A stretch of 64,000 bases of DNA from Planctomycetota bacterium (GTDB lineage Bacteria; Planctomycetota; UBA1135; UBA2386), in NCBI GenBank assembly GCA_016794035.1, contig JAEUHS010000055.1, positions 11,351 through 75,350 of the forward strand. Direction: 5' to 3'. The notes below the pieces were generated by a model. It was given only the letters and a program-made list of their open reading frames with translations, searched no databases and was not told the DNA's origin. The first letter of the stretch is position 1. Every line of letters starts with the position of its first letter. Made by a program: the position numbers and the translations under genes. This document shows positions 10,129-18,356 of this stretch, piece by piece.

Positions 10129-10174
10129 TTGGCGTGCCTTCTGCACGACCCTATTGGCGTGCCTTCTGCACGAC
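10129..10174. repeat. Perfect 21-bp direct repeat (ttggcgtgccttctgcacgac x2, 4-nt spacer) spanning the rpsQ stop codon
   Basis: Copies lie at 10129-10149 and 10154-10174. The spacer ccta contains the rpsQ stop (cta = TAG on the minus strand). Confidence 0.9.
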
Positions 10175-10465
10175 ACGCACGAGGCGCCAGCACTTGGTCT
10201 TGCTCAGCGGCCGTGTCTGGCAGAGCTCGACGACGTCGCCCATGCCGGCCTCGCTCTTCTCGTCGTGGGCGTAGAGCTTGGTGCGCTTGGACACGAACTT
10301 CTCGTAGACCGGGTGGCGGACCTTGCGGTCCACCTGCACGACGATCGTCTTCGCCATCTTGTTGGAGATGACCATGCCGCGCATCAACTTGCGCGGGCTG
10401 CGCTGCGCCGGGGCGTCACCACTGCTCGGTTGGTTCGTGCTCATTGCTGGATTCTCGCTGGTCAC
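10151..10465 (-). CDS. rpsQ: 30S ribosomal protein S17
   Basis: RKLMRGMVISNKMAKTIVVQVDRKVRHPVYEKFVSKRTKLYAHDE matches S17. The codon at 10465 is GTG and overlaps the rpmC stop (GTGA). ATG at 10444 is an alternative start. Confidence 0.93.
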   Translation of the reverse strand: MTSENPAMSTNQPSSGDAPAQRSPRKLMRGMVISNKMAKTIVVQVDRKVRHPVYEKFVSKRTKLYAHDEKSEAGMGDVVELCQTRPLSKTKCWRLVRVVQKARQ

Positions 10466-10746
10466 TTCTTGCCCTTCGCGCCCGATCCGGCGGCGCCCGA
10501 TCCTGCGGCGCCCGATCCTGCGGCGCCGTGTGCGACGGCCGTGGTCGCTGCCGACCTGGCCCGTTCGTCGAGCACCATCAGGATGCGGGCGATCGTGCGC
10601 CGCACCTCGCGGTGACGCGTGGTCTTCGCGACCTCCTCGGCGGAGCCGTGGAAGCGCAGCTTGAACTGCTCCTTGCGCAGGTCGCTGAGCTTCGCCTTCA
10701 GCTCGGCGCTGTCCTGACCGCGGATCTCGTTGATGGCCTTTTTCAT
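10462..10746 (-). CDS. rpmC: 50S ribosomal protein L29 with repeat-containing C-terminal tail
   Basis: MKKAINEIRGQDSAELKAKLSDLRKEQFKLRF matches L29. The tail carries (GAAGS)x3. Confidence 0.92.
   Translation of the reverse strand: MKKAINEIRGQDSAELKAKLSDLRKEQFKLRFHGSAEEVAKTTRHREVRRTIARILMVLDERARSAATTAVAHGAAGSGAAGSGAAGSGAKGKK
10481..10525. repeat. 15-bp tandem repeat x3 inside the rpmC tail
   Basis: Units are cccgatccggcggcg, cccgatcctgcggcg and cccgatcctgcggcg. The repeat is in frame and encodes GAAGS x3. Confidence 0.9.
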
Positions 10747-10821
10747 CGTCGCTACGGGAGCTGCTGGGAAGTCGTGTCGGGTTACTGCGGGGCTTTGCTG
10801 CCAGGTCTGCTGCGGATCGGC

Positions 10822-11232
10822 CTAGCCGTGACGACGGCGCACCAGGCGCACCTTGATGGGCAACTTGTGGGCGACGCGATTGAACGCCTCCTTCGCACCC
10901 TCCTCGGTGACGCCGTCGAGTTCGAAGATCACCGTGCCGGGCTTGACGACCGCGGCCCAGAACTCGACGTCACCCTTGCCGGTGCCCATTCGGGTCTCGG
11001 CGGGCTTCTTCGACACCGACTTGTGCGGAAACACGCGGATCCACAGCTTGCCCTCGGGCGCGCCACGATTCGCCGCGACGCGACCGGCCTCGATGACGCG
11101 CGCCGACAGCCAGCCGGGCTCGAGCGCCTGCAGACCGTACTCGCCGAAGCTGACCTCGTTGCCGCGCGTGGCCTCGCCGCGGATGCGTCCCCGCATCTGC
11201 TTGCGCCACTTGGTTCTCTTGGGCATCAACAT
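10822..11232 (-). CDS. rplP: 50S ribosomal protein L16
   Basis: [38 protein letters not shown] matches L16. Confidence 0.97.
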   Translation of the reverse strand: MLMPKRTKWRKQMRGRIRGEATRGNEVSFGEYGLQALEPGWLSARVIEAGRVAANRGAPEGKLWIRVFPHKSVSKKPAETRMGTGKGDVEFWAAVVKPGTVIFELDGVTEEGAKEAFNRVAHKLPIKVRLVRRRHG

Positions 11233-11279
11233 GGGCTGTTCCTCAGTTCAGTTCGCTCGGTTCCATTCGATCGGACGGC

Positions 11280-11969
11280 TCAGGCGACCGGGGGGCGATC
11301 GCTCGCGGTGCGCACCGGCAACAGGCCGCAGGTGGTCTCGCCGGGGCCGTACTCGCCCTTGAAGATCCAGACCTTGCAGCCGAGCGAGCCGTACTTGGTC
11401 GCCGCGGTCGCGAAGCCGTAGTCGACCTGCGCGCGCAACGTGCCGCACGGCACGCGGCCCTTGCGGAAGTTGCCGACGCGCGACATCTCGGCGCCCTGCA
11501 GGCGACCGGCGACGCGGATCTTGATGCCCTTGGCGCCGGCGGCCATCGAGGTGTCGGCGACCTTCTTCAGCGCGCGGCGGTAGTTGATGCGCTTGCCGAG
11601 CTGCTCGGCGACCGCTTCGGCGACCAGGTTGGCCTCCATCTCCGGGCGGTGGATCTCGATGATCTTCATCCGCACCGGCTTGCCGGTCAGCTTCTCGAGT
11701 TCCTGGCGGAACTCGTCGACCTTGGTGCCCTTCTTGCCGATCAGCACGCCGGGGCGCGCCGTGTGCACGAAGACCGTGACCAGCTCACCGGTGCGCTCGA
11801 TCTCGACCCTCGGGATCGCGGCGAACACCCACTCGCGGCGGATGAAGCGACGGATCTTGAAGTCCTCGATGAGGTTCTTCGAGAAGTCCTTCTTGTTGGC
11901 GTACCAGCGGGAACGCCACTGTTCGGTGATCGCGATCCGGAAGCCGGTCGGATGGACTTTTTGACCCAT
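11280..11969 (-). CDS. rpsC: 30S ribosomal protein S3
   Basis: MGQKVHPTGFRIAITEQWRSRWYANKKDFSKNLIEDFKIR matches S3. Confidence 0.97.
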   Translation of the reverse strand: MGQKVHPTGFRIAITEQWRSRWYANKKDFSKNLIEDFKIRRFIRREWVFAAIPRVEIERTGELVTVFVHTARPGVLIGKKGTKVDEFRQELEKLTGKPVRMKIIEIHRPEMEANLVAEAVAEQLGKRINYRRALKKVADTSMAAGAKGIKIRVAGRLQGAEMSRVGNFRKGRVPCGTLRAQVDYGFATAATKYGSLGCKVWIFKGEYGPGETTCGLLPVRTASDRPPVA

Positions 11970-11971
11970 GG

Positions 11972-12382
11972 TTATTCCTCGCCCCCGGCGGCGGCACCGA
12001 CCTCGGAGATGTCCGCGCTGGCGGCACCGGCGACCTGCGGATCGGCGACGTAGACGTGGATGTGGCAGGTGCGCCGCTTGATCGGCATCGCGCGACCCTG
12101 CGGCCCCGGACGCATGCGCATGCCGCCGGCGAGCAGCGGCCCGTCCTGCGCCCAGGTCTTCGACACGACGAGGCGGTTGGCCCGCACGTCGGGGTTCTGC
12201 AGCGCATTGGCGACCGCGGACGCGAGCACCTTGTAGATGGCACGCGAGGCGCGGTGGCGATCGTGACGCAGCTCGTCGAGCGCCGCGTTGGCCGAACGGC
12301 CGCGGATCAACGCCAGGATCAGACGCGCCTTGTAGACACCCATGCGGGCGCCACGGTGCACGGCACGGACCTCGAAGCTCAT
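11972..12382 (-). CDS. rplV: 50S ribosomal protein L22 (with C-terminal tail)
   Basis: [39 protein letters not shown]...RAMPIKRRTCHIHVYV matches L22. ATG at 12382 overlaps the rpsS stop by 1 nt. Confidence 0.92.
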   Translation of the reverse strand: MSFEVRAVHRGARMGVYKARLILALIRGRSANAALDELRHDRHRASRAIYKVLASAVANALQNPDVRANRLVVSKTWAQDGPLLAGGMRMRPGPQGRAMPIKRRTCHIHVYVADPQVAGAASADISEVGAAAGGEE

Positions 12383-12651
12383 CAGGCGTCCTTCTTCATC
12401 GAGTGGCCACGGAAGGTGCGCGTCGGCGAGAACTCGCCGAGGCGGTGGCCGACCATGTCCTCGGTCACGTAGACCTTGAGGAAGGTGCGGCCGTTGTGCA
12501 CGTTGAACGTGTGCCCGACGAACTCGGGCAGGATGACGCTGGGACGCGACCACGTCTGGATCGGATCCTTGACGCCGCGCTTGTTCATCGCCTCCACCTT
12601 CTTGAGCAGGCTCGGGTGGACGAACGGTCCTTTGGTGATGCTGCGACTCAT
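12382..12651 (-). CDS. rpsS: 30S ribosomal protein S19
   Basis: [55 protein letters not shown] matches S19. Confidence 0.97.
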   Translation of the reverse strand: MSRSITKGPFVHPSLLKKVEAMNKRGVKDPIQTWSRPSVILPEFVGHTFNVHNGRTFLKVYVTEDMVGHRLGEFSPTRTFRGHSMKKDA

Positions 12652-12678
12652 CGTGCTTCCTGGGTGCTGCGTTCCTTG

Positions 12679-13539
12679 CTAGCTGCCACTGCCGACGGCG
12701 ACGTGCTTGCCCGGCGGCCGGCGCCGGAGGATGAACTGGTTGCTGCGCGCCTTGCCGCGACGCGTCTTGCCGCCCTTGGCCAGCTTGCCGGTCGGCGAAC
12801 ACGGGTGGCGACCACCGCCGGTGCGGCCTTCACCACCACCCATCGGGTGGGCGACCGGGTTCTGCGAGGTGCCGCGGTTGTGCGGCCGCCGGCCGAGGTG
12901 GCGCACGCGGCCGGCCTTGCCCCAGCGCACGTTCTGCCAGTCGGCGTTGCCGACCTCGCCGATCGTCGCGCGGCAGTCGCTGTTGATCTTGCGCATCTCA
13001 CCGGAGGGCATGACGATCACGGCATGGGTGCCGTCGCGCGCCATCAGCTGGCACGAACGGCCGGCGGCGCGCGCGATCTGGCCGCCGCGGCCGGGCTGCA
13101 ACTCGACGTTGTGCACCTGCAGGCCGAGCGGGATCGCGGTCAGCGGCATCGAGTTGCCGACGTCGGGCTCGCACTTCTCGCCGGACACGACCTTCATGCC
13201 GACGGTCAGACCCTTGGGGGCGAGGATGTAGCGCTTCTCGCCGTCGGCGTAGTGCAGCAGCGCCAGATCGGCGGTGCGGTTCGGGTCGTATTCGATCGCC
13301 GCGACGACGGCGGGGATGCCGTCCTTGTCGCGCAGGAAGTCGACCTTGCGGTAGATCTTGCGCGCACCACCGCCGCGGAAGCGGCTGGTGATGTGACCGA
13401 GCGCGTTGTGGCCGGTACGGTCGGAGATCCGCTCACACAGAGCCTTCTCGCGCTTCTTGCCCTTCGTCAGGTGCGAGAAGTCGAGCACCGACGAGTTGCG
13501 GCGGCCGGCGGACGTTGGCTTGTAGACCTTGACGGGCAT
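12679..13539 (-). CDS. rplB: 50S ribosomal protein L2
   Basis: 286 aa with MPVKVYKPTSAGRRNSS...GGGEGRTGGGRHPCSPTGKLAKG, matching L2. Confidence 0.97.
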   Translation of the reverse strand: MPVKVYKPTSAGRRNSSVLDFSHLTKGKKREKALCERISDRTGHNALGHITSRFRGGGARKIYRKVDFLRDKDGIPAVVAAIEYDPNRTADLALLHYADGEKRYILAPKGLTVGMKVVSGEKCEPDVGNSMPLTAIPLGLQVHNVELQPGRGGQIARAAGRSCQLMARDGTHAVIVMPSGEMRKINSDCRATIGEVGNADWQNVRWGKAGRVRHLGRRPHNRGTSQNPVAHPMGGGEGRTGGGRHPCSPTGKLAKGGKTRRGKARSNQFILRRRPPGKHVAVGSGS

Positions 13540-13567
13540 CGTTGGGACCTCGGCTTGGATTCGTCGG

Positions 13568-13858
13568 TCAGGAGACGTCGATGGTGTCGCCGGCGCGCAG
13601 CGTGACGACCGCCTTCTTCCAGGCGCGGATCTGGCCGGGACGGCCGAACATGCGCCGCGACTTCGCGGGCATGGAGACCATGTTGACCTTCGTGACCTTG
13701 ACCGAGAACAGCGTCTCGACGGCCTTCTTGACCTCGGACTTGTTGGCCGAAGGCGCGACCTCGAAGCGGAACTGGTTGCGCAGCCCCTGCAGCTTCGAGG
13801 ACTTCTCCGTGATCAACGGGCGACGGACGACATCGTAGTACTGGAGCGGATTCGCCAC
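13568..13858 (-). CDS. rplW: 50S ribosomal protein L23 (GTG start)
   Basis: (M)ANPLQYYDVVRRPLITEKSSKLQGLRNQFRFEVAPSANKSEVKKAVETLF matches L23. GTG at 13858 lies 2 nt after the rplD stop. The ORF-track upstream extension is rejected. Confidence 0.9.
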   Translation of the reverse strand: MANPLQYYDVVRRPLITEKSSKLQGLRNQFRFEVAPSANKSEVKKAVETLFSVKVTKVNMVSMPAKSRRMFGRPGQIRAWKKAVVTLRAGDTIDVS

Positions 13859-13860
13859 GG

Positions 13861-14490
13861 TCAGGACTCCTTCTTGGCGAAGCGCTGCTCGAGGGCAGCG
13901 AAGGCCGCGGGGGTGAGGACGAGGTAGCGGCGCAGCAGCACTTGGCGCGCGTTCAGATCGTCGAGCGTGCGCACGTCGACCAGCGGCACGTTGCGCAGCG
14001 ACAGGCACAGGTTGCGATCGACGGCGCTGGTGACGACGGTGGCGCTGCGCGCCATGCCCAGCTTGCTCAGGATCGTCGCGGCCGACTTCGTGTTCGGCTG
14101 CGCCGCCGGCCAACCGTCGGCGATCGCGACCTCGCCGTCGCGGAACTTGGTGTAGAGGGCGTTGCGCAGCGCGACGCGGCGCGCCTTCTTCGGCATCGCG
14201 TAGCTGTGGTCGCGCGGCTCCGGCGGATGGATGCGGCCACCACCGCGCCACAGCGGCGACTTGGTCGTGCCCATGCGCGCGCGGCCGGTGTGCTTCTGCT
14301 TCCAGAGCTTCTTGTTGCCGCCGTGCACCATGCTGCGGGTGCGGGCCGCCACGGTTCCGGCGCGGGCATTGGCCTCGTACATCACGACCGCGTCCTTCAG
14401 GGTCCGCCCCAGGACGCGCGTACCGTAGGCCAGCACGTCGACGTCTTTCGACTTGACGGCGCCACCCTCGAAGACCTTGACCTCGACCAT
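13861..14490 (-). CDS. rplD: 50S ribosomal protein L4
   Basis: 209 aa with NKKLWKQKHTGRARMGTTKSPLWRGGGRIHPPEPRDHSYAMPKK, matching L4. Confidence 0.96.
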   Translation of the reverse strand: MVEVKVFEGGAVKSKDVDVLAYGTRVLGRTLKDAVVMYEANARAGTVAARTRSMVHGGNKKLWKQKHTGRARMGTTKSPLWRGGGRIHPPEPRDHSYAMPKKARRVALRNALYTKFRDGEVAIADGWPAAQPNTKSAATILSKLGMARSATVVTSAVDRNLCLSLRNVPLVDVRTLDDLNARQVLLRRYLVLTPAAFAALEQRFAKKES

Positions 14491-14563
14491 GTTCGGAATG
14501 TGGGTTCTGCGTTGTGGACTGTGGACCGTGGCTGCTCAGCGGGCCCGTCTCAGTGGGGCCGCC

Positions 14564-14872
14564 TCAGCAAGCCTTGATGCGGATGTCGACGCCGGCCGGC
14601 ATGTTCAGCTTGCTCAGCGCGTCGACGGTCTTGGTGGTCGGCTCGGAGATGTAGATCAGCCGCTTGTGCGTGCGGATCTCGAACGACTCGCGGCTCTTCT
14701 TGTCGATGTGCGGGCTGCGCAACACCGTGTAGCGCTCGATGCGAGTCGGCAGCGGCACCGGCCCCGCAATGCGGGCACCCGTGCGCTTGCTCGTCTCGAC
14801 GATGTCGAGTGCAGCCTGGTCCAAGGCCTCGTGGTCGTAGGCCTCCATCCGGATCTGGATTCGCTCTTGCAT
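14564..14872 (-). CDS. rpsJ: 30S ribosomal protein S10
   Basis: [62 protein letters not shown] matches S10. ATG verified at 14872. Confidence 0.96.
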   Translation of the reverse strand: MQERIQIRMEAYDHEALDQAALDIVETSKRTGARIAGPVPLPTRIERYTVLRSPHIDKKSRESFEIRTHKRLIYISEPTTKTVDALSKLNMPAGVDIRIKAC

Positions 14873-15023
14873 GGCTCGTGTGTCCCGCTGTGTCGATCCG
14901 CCAGGCGCGGCCTGGATCGGGCGGCCGGATCGCAAGCGCCGAGGTGGGGATTTCGGCGCAACCTTTAGCGCGGCAAGGGGTTACATCAAACGATGTGCTC
15001 CCTGGAGCGCAACCGGGGCGCAG

Positions 15024-15052
15024 AGGTTAGCCAGCCCGGCATTCCACGTCAA
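15024..15052 (-). promoter_or_regulatory. Candidate sigma70-type promoter of the S10 supercluster
   Basis: The minus strand reads TTGACG, then a 17-nt spacer, then TAACCT. It lies about 150 nt upstream of the rpsJ ATG. The leader contains nested hairpins, e.g. ccaggcgcggcctgg at 14901-14915. Confidence 0.35.
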
Positions 15053-15070
15053 GCGTGGAGAAGGCCAATT

Positions 15071-17077
15071 TCAGCGGCTGCGCGGCGCCCGCTCGGGCAC
15101 CGGCGGCCCGGTCTCGCGCGCGCTGCGCGCCGGCGCGAAGCCGGCCGGCTGCAGCGAGACCTGGCCCATGCCCCGGGTCATCGAGCGCAACTTGGTCACA
15201 TAGCCCAACATGCGCGCTAGAGGTGCGCGGCCCTGCAGGCGCGCGCCGAGCCGCCCGGAGGCGACCCCGGAGACGCTGGCGCCGCGTGCGCCGAGGTCGG
15301 CCAGCACGGCGTTGGCGGCGTCCTCGGGGCACCAGAGTTCCAGCTCCACCCATGGCTCGAGTTCGATCAGGTCGGCGGCCGCCAGCGCGCTGGCCAGCGC
15401 CTTCGCCGCCGCCTGTTGCCGCAACGCCTCGCCGACGCCGTCGGCCGCGCGCACCTCGACGACCGCGACCCTGGCCCCGACCAGCGGCCCGACGCGCGCG
15501 CCGGCGCGCAGACGCGAACGCAGCTCGTCGATCACCGCGGCGCCGGCGTGCGCCGCGTCGACCACCTCGGCCGGCGCGTCGCCCGCCGCCAGCGGCTCGA
15601 TCGTGAGCCGGCAGTAGGCCGCCGCCTCGCGACCGCCGACCAGCGCCCGCACCTCGGCCTCACCGCTGCCCGAGCGGCGCACGGTCTCGCGCCGGTCGAC
15701 CTGCGGCCGCGATCGCTGGAACGGCACCTCGGTCCGGTCGCGCACGAGGTCGGCGACGATGTCGAGGTGCAGCTCCCCCATGCCGCGCACGACGATGCGG
15801 TCGTGGTCCAGCTCGACGCGCAGCGTCGGATCGTCGACCTCCAGCTCGCGCAGTGCCGCCGCGAGCGCCGGCGCGTCCTCGGCGCGCGACGGCTCGAACG
15901 TGACCGCCAGCACCGGGCTCGGAAACTCCGGCATCGGCAGTTCCACCGGCTGCCGCGGGTCGCACACCGTGTCGCCGGTGCGAAGCCCCGACTCGCCGGG
16001 CAGCACGACGATCTCACCGGGCATCGCCCGTTCGGTCACCTGGTGCCGGTCGGCCTGCACCAACCACAGCTCGCCGAACCGGCCGCGGGTCTGCGGCGCG
16101 CGGCCGAGGCACCACTCGGCGCCGCGTTCGACGCAGCCGCGCACCACGCGCACGAAGTTCCACACCTCGCCGTGGTGCTGCACCTTGAACACCATGCCGC
16201 AGAACGGCGCCGCCGCGGCGCCGGCGTCGGCGACCGACCACAGGCCGCGGCGCGGCAGCTCGTCGAGTCCGGGCAGGTAGCGCACGACCGCGTCGAGCAG
16301 CCAGTCGACACCCCGGTTCCACAGCGCCGAGCCGCACAGCACCGGCACGATGCGGCCGGCGCGGAACTGCACCCGCAAGGCCGCGTGCAGGCGGTCGGCG
16401 GCGACGGGACGGCCGGCGAGGGCATCCTCGAGGATGGTCTCGTCGGCGAACGCCGCGGCGTCGACGCAGCGCTCGTGGGCGACGAGCAGTTCCTGCTGCA
16501 GGCGCGGCGCATCGGCCGGATCGGGCCGCCCCTCGAACCACTGCACGGCGCCCGAACAGGCGTCGCCGAGCCCGGCGAAGTTGCCGCGCCCGTCGCGCAG
16601 CGGCACGACCAGCGGCAGCGGCGCGCATTCGAGCCGCTCCTGCACCTCGGCGGTCACCGCGGCGAAGTCGGCGCCGGCCCGGTCGAGCTTGTTGACGAAC
16701 AGCAGCCGCGGCAGGCCGCGCGCCACGGCCTGCTGCCACACCGCCTCGGTCTGCGACTCGACGCCGCGCACGCCGTCGACCAGCACGACCACGCCGTCGA
16801 GCACGTGCAGACAGCGCTCCACCTCGGCGACGAAGTCGACATGCCCCGGCGTGTCGACCACCTGCAGCACGTGCTCGCCCCAGTCGACACGGGTCGCCGC
16901 GGCGGCGATCGAGATGCCGCGACGACGCTCGGTCGGCATCCAGTCCATCGTCGCGGTGCCGTCGTCGACGCTGCCGAGCCACGACTGCGCGCCGGCGTCG
17001 AACAGGATGCGCTCGGTCAGCGTCGTCTTGCCCGCATCGATGTGCGCCACGATGCCGAAAGTGCGCAGGCGGGCCAT
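15071..17077 (-). CDS. EF-G-like translational GTPase (divergent paralogue, EF-G2 / ribosome-protection-like)
   Basis: GTPase motifs G1 AHIDAGKTT, DTPGHVDF and NKLDR, plus MDWMPTERRRGISI and an EF-G-type C-terminus. About 668 aa. A GTG at 17089 is an alternative start. Confidence 0.85.
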   Translation of the reverse strand: MARLRTFGIVAHIDAGKTTLTERILFDAGAQSWLGSVDDGTATMDWMPTERRRGISIAAAATRVDWGEHVLQVVDTPGHVDFVAEVERCLHVLDGVVVLVDGVRGVESQTEAVWQQAVARGLPRLLFVNKLDRAGADFAAVTAEVQERLECAPLPLVVPLRDGRGNFAGLGDACSGAVQWFEGRPDPADAPRLQQELLVAHERCVDAAAFADETILEDALAGRPVAADRLHAALRVQFRAGRIVPVLCGSALWNRGVDWLLDAVVRYLPGLDELPRRGLWSVADAGAAAAPFCGMVFKVQHHGEVWNFVRVVRGCVERGAEWCLGRAPQTRGRFGELWLVQADRHQVTERAMPGEIVVLPGESGLRTGDTVCDPRQPVELPMPEFPSPVLAVTFEPSRAEDAPALAAALRELEVDDPTLRVELDHDRIVVRGMGELHLDIVADLVRDRTEVPFQRSRPQVDRRETVRRSGSGEAEVRALVGGREAAAYCRLTIEPLAAGDAPAEVVDAAHAGAAVIDELRSRLRAGARVGPLVGARVAVVEVRAADGVGEALRQQAAAKALASALAAADLIELEPWVELELWCPEDAANAVLADLGARGASVSGVASGRLGARLQGRAPLARMLGYVTKLRSMTRGMGQVSLQPAGFAPARSARETGPPVPERAPRSR

Positions 17078-17143
17078 GACCGGCGACACAGTAGCCGGGA
17101 CCCGTCACCGGCGCACGCGCGCGGGGCGCGGGGCCGGCGCGGC

Positions 17144-18241
17144 TCAGCTGCCGGCGGGCCGCGTCGCGGCGCCCTGCGTGATGCCGCGCATCTGCATCTT
17201 CAGCTCGTCGGGGTTGTCCGACGACGCCAGCGCGTCCTCGAGGCTGATGTTGCCGGCCTGGAACAGGCGGATCAGCGACTGGTTGAACGTCATCGTGCCG
17301 TAGTAGCTGCCCTCGGTCAGCGCCTTCGGCAGCATGCGCGTCGAGCCCTGTTCGAGCAGTTCGCGCACGGTCGGCGTGTTGATCAGCAGTTCGACGGCCG
17401 GCACCAGCGCGCTGCCGTCCTTGTTCTTGATCAGGCGCAGCGAGCAGACCCCGGCCAGGTTCAACGCCAGCTGCAGACGGACCAGCTCGTGCTGGTGCGG
17501 CGGGAAGAACGTGATGATGCGTTCGACGGTCTGCACGGCGTTGACCGTGTGCAGGGTCGAGAACACCAGGTGCCCGGTCTCGGCGGCCTGGATCGCCGCC
17601 GACACGGTCTCGGCGTCGCGCATCTCGCCGATCAGGATCACGTCGGGCGACTGGCGCACGGCCTGCCGCAGCGCCGACGCGAAGTCGACCACGTCGACGC
17701 CCACCTCACGCTGGTTCACGATCGACCGCTTGTCCTCGAAGCGGAACTCGATCGGATCCTCGATCGTGATGATGTGCTTGTTCATCGTGCGGTTGACGTA
17801 CTCGACCATCGAGGCGAGCGTCGTCGACTTGCCGGAGCCGGCAATGCCGGTCGCGAGCACGAGACCGCGTTTCAGCGAGGCAAGCCGCTTCAGCGGTTCG
17901 ACCGGCAGGTTGAGGTCCTTGAACGAAGGGATCTCGCCCTTGATCGCGCGGAAGACGAAGCCGACCTCGCCGCACTGGTAGAAGGCGTTGCAGCGGAAGC
18001 GACCGACGCCGGGCATCGCGACCGCGGTGTCGGATGCCCCCATGTCGGTGAACTCGCGCTTGCCCTTCTCGGTCAGCACCTCGTCGACGAAGCTGCGCAT
18101 CAGCTCCGACGGCAGCGGCTGGTCGCCGAGGAAACGGATCACGCCGTTGACGCGGACCGCCGGACAACCGTTGGTCTTCAACACCAGGTCGGAGGCGTTC
18201 TCCTTCACCATGATGCGCAGGAAGTCGCGCAGCTTCGGCAT
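17144..18241 (-). CDS. pilT: Type IV pilus retraction ATPase PilT/PilU family
   Basis: Walker A GIAGSGKSTT, plus ITIEDPIEF, VILIGEMRD and GHLVFSTLHT. Start chosen at MPKLRDF (ATG at 18241). Confidence 0.9.
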   Translation of the reverse strand: MPKLRDFLRIMVKENASDLVLKTNGCPAVRVNGVIRFLGDQPLPSELMRSFVDEVLTEKGKREFTDMGASDTAVAMPGVGRFRCNAFYQCGEVGFVFRAIKGEIPSFKDLNLPVEPLKRLASLKRGLVLATGIAGSGKSTTLASMVEYVNRTMNKHIITIEDPIEFRFEDKRSIVNQREVGVDVVDFASALRQAVRQSPDVILIGEMRDAETVSAAIQAAETGHLVFSTLHTVNAVQTVERIITFFPPHQHELVRLQLALNLAGVCSLRLIKNKDGSALVPAVELLINTPTVRELLEQGSTRMLPKALTEGSYYGTMTFNQSLIRLFQAGNISLEDALASSDNPDELKMQMRGITQGAATRPAGS

Positions 18242-18356
18242 CCTGCTGGCGACGGTCTGGCTTGGGCCCACGTTCTGGCTGGTCACACGCTTTCCTCCGT
18301 CCCCCCTATCGGCAGGCTGCGCGCCGGGCACAAGGCGGGTCGGACGCGGTCGCGGA

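Noticed and set aside
15071-17077. Calling the EF-G-like gene a tetracycline ribosomal-protection determinant
   Set aside because: Size and motifs are compatible, but equally compatible with EF-G2-type paralogues. There is no mobile-element or resistance context, so the call is not supportable without phylogeny.
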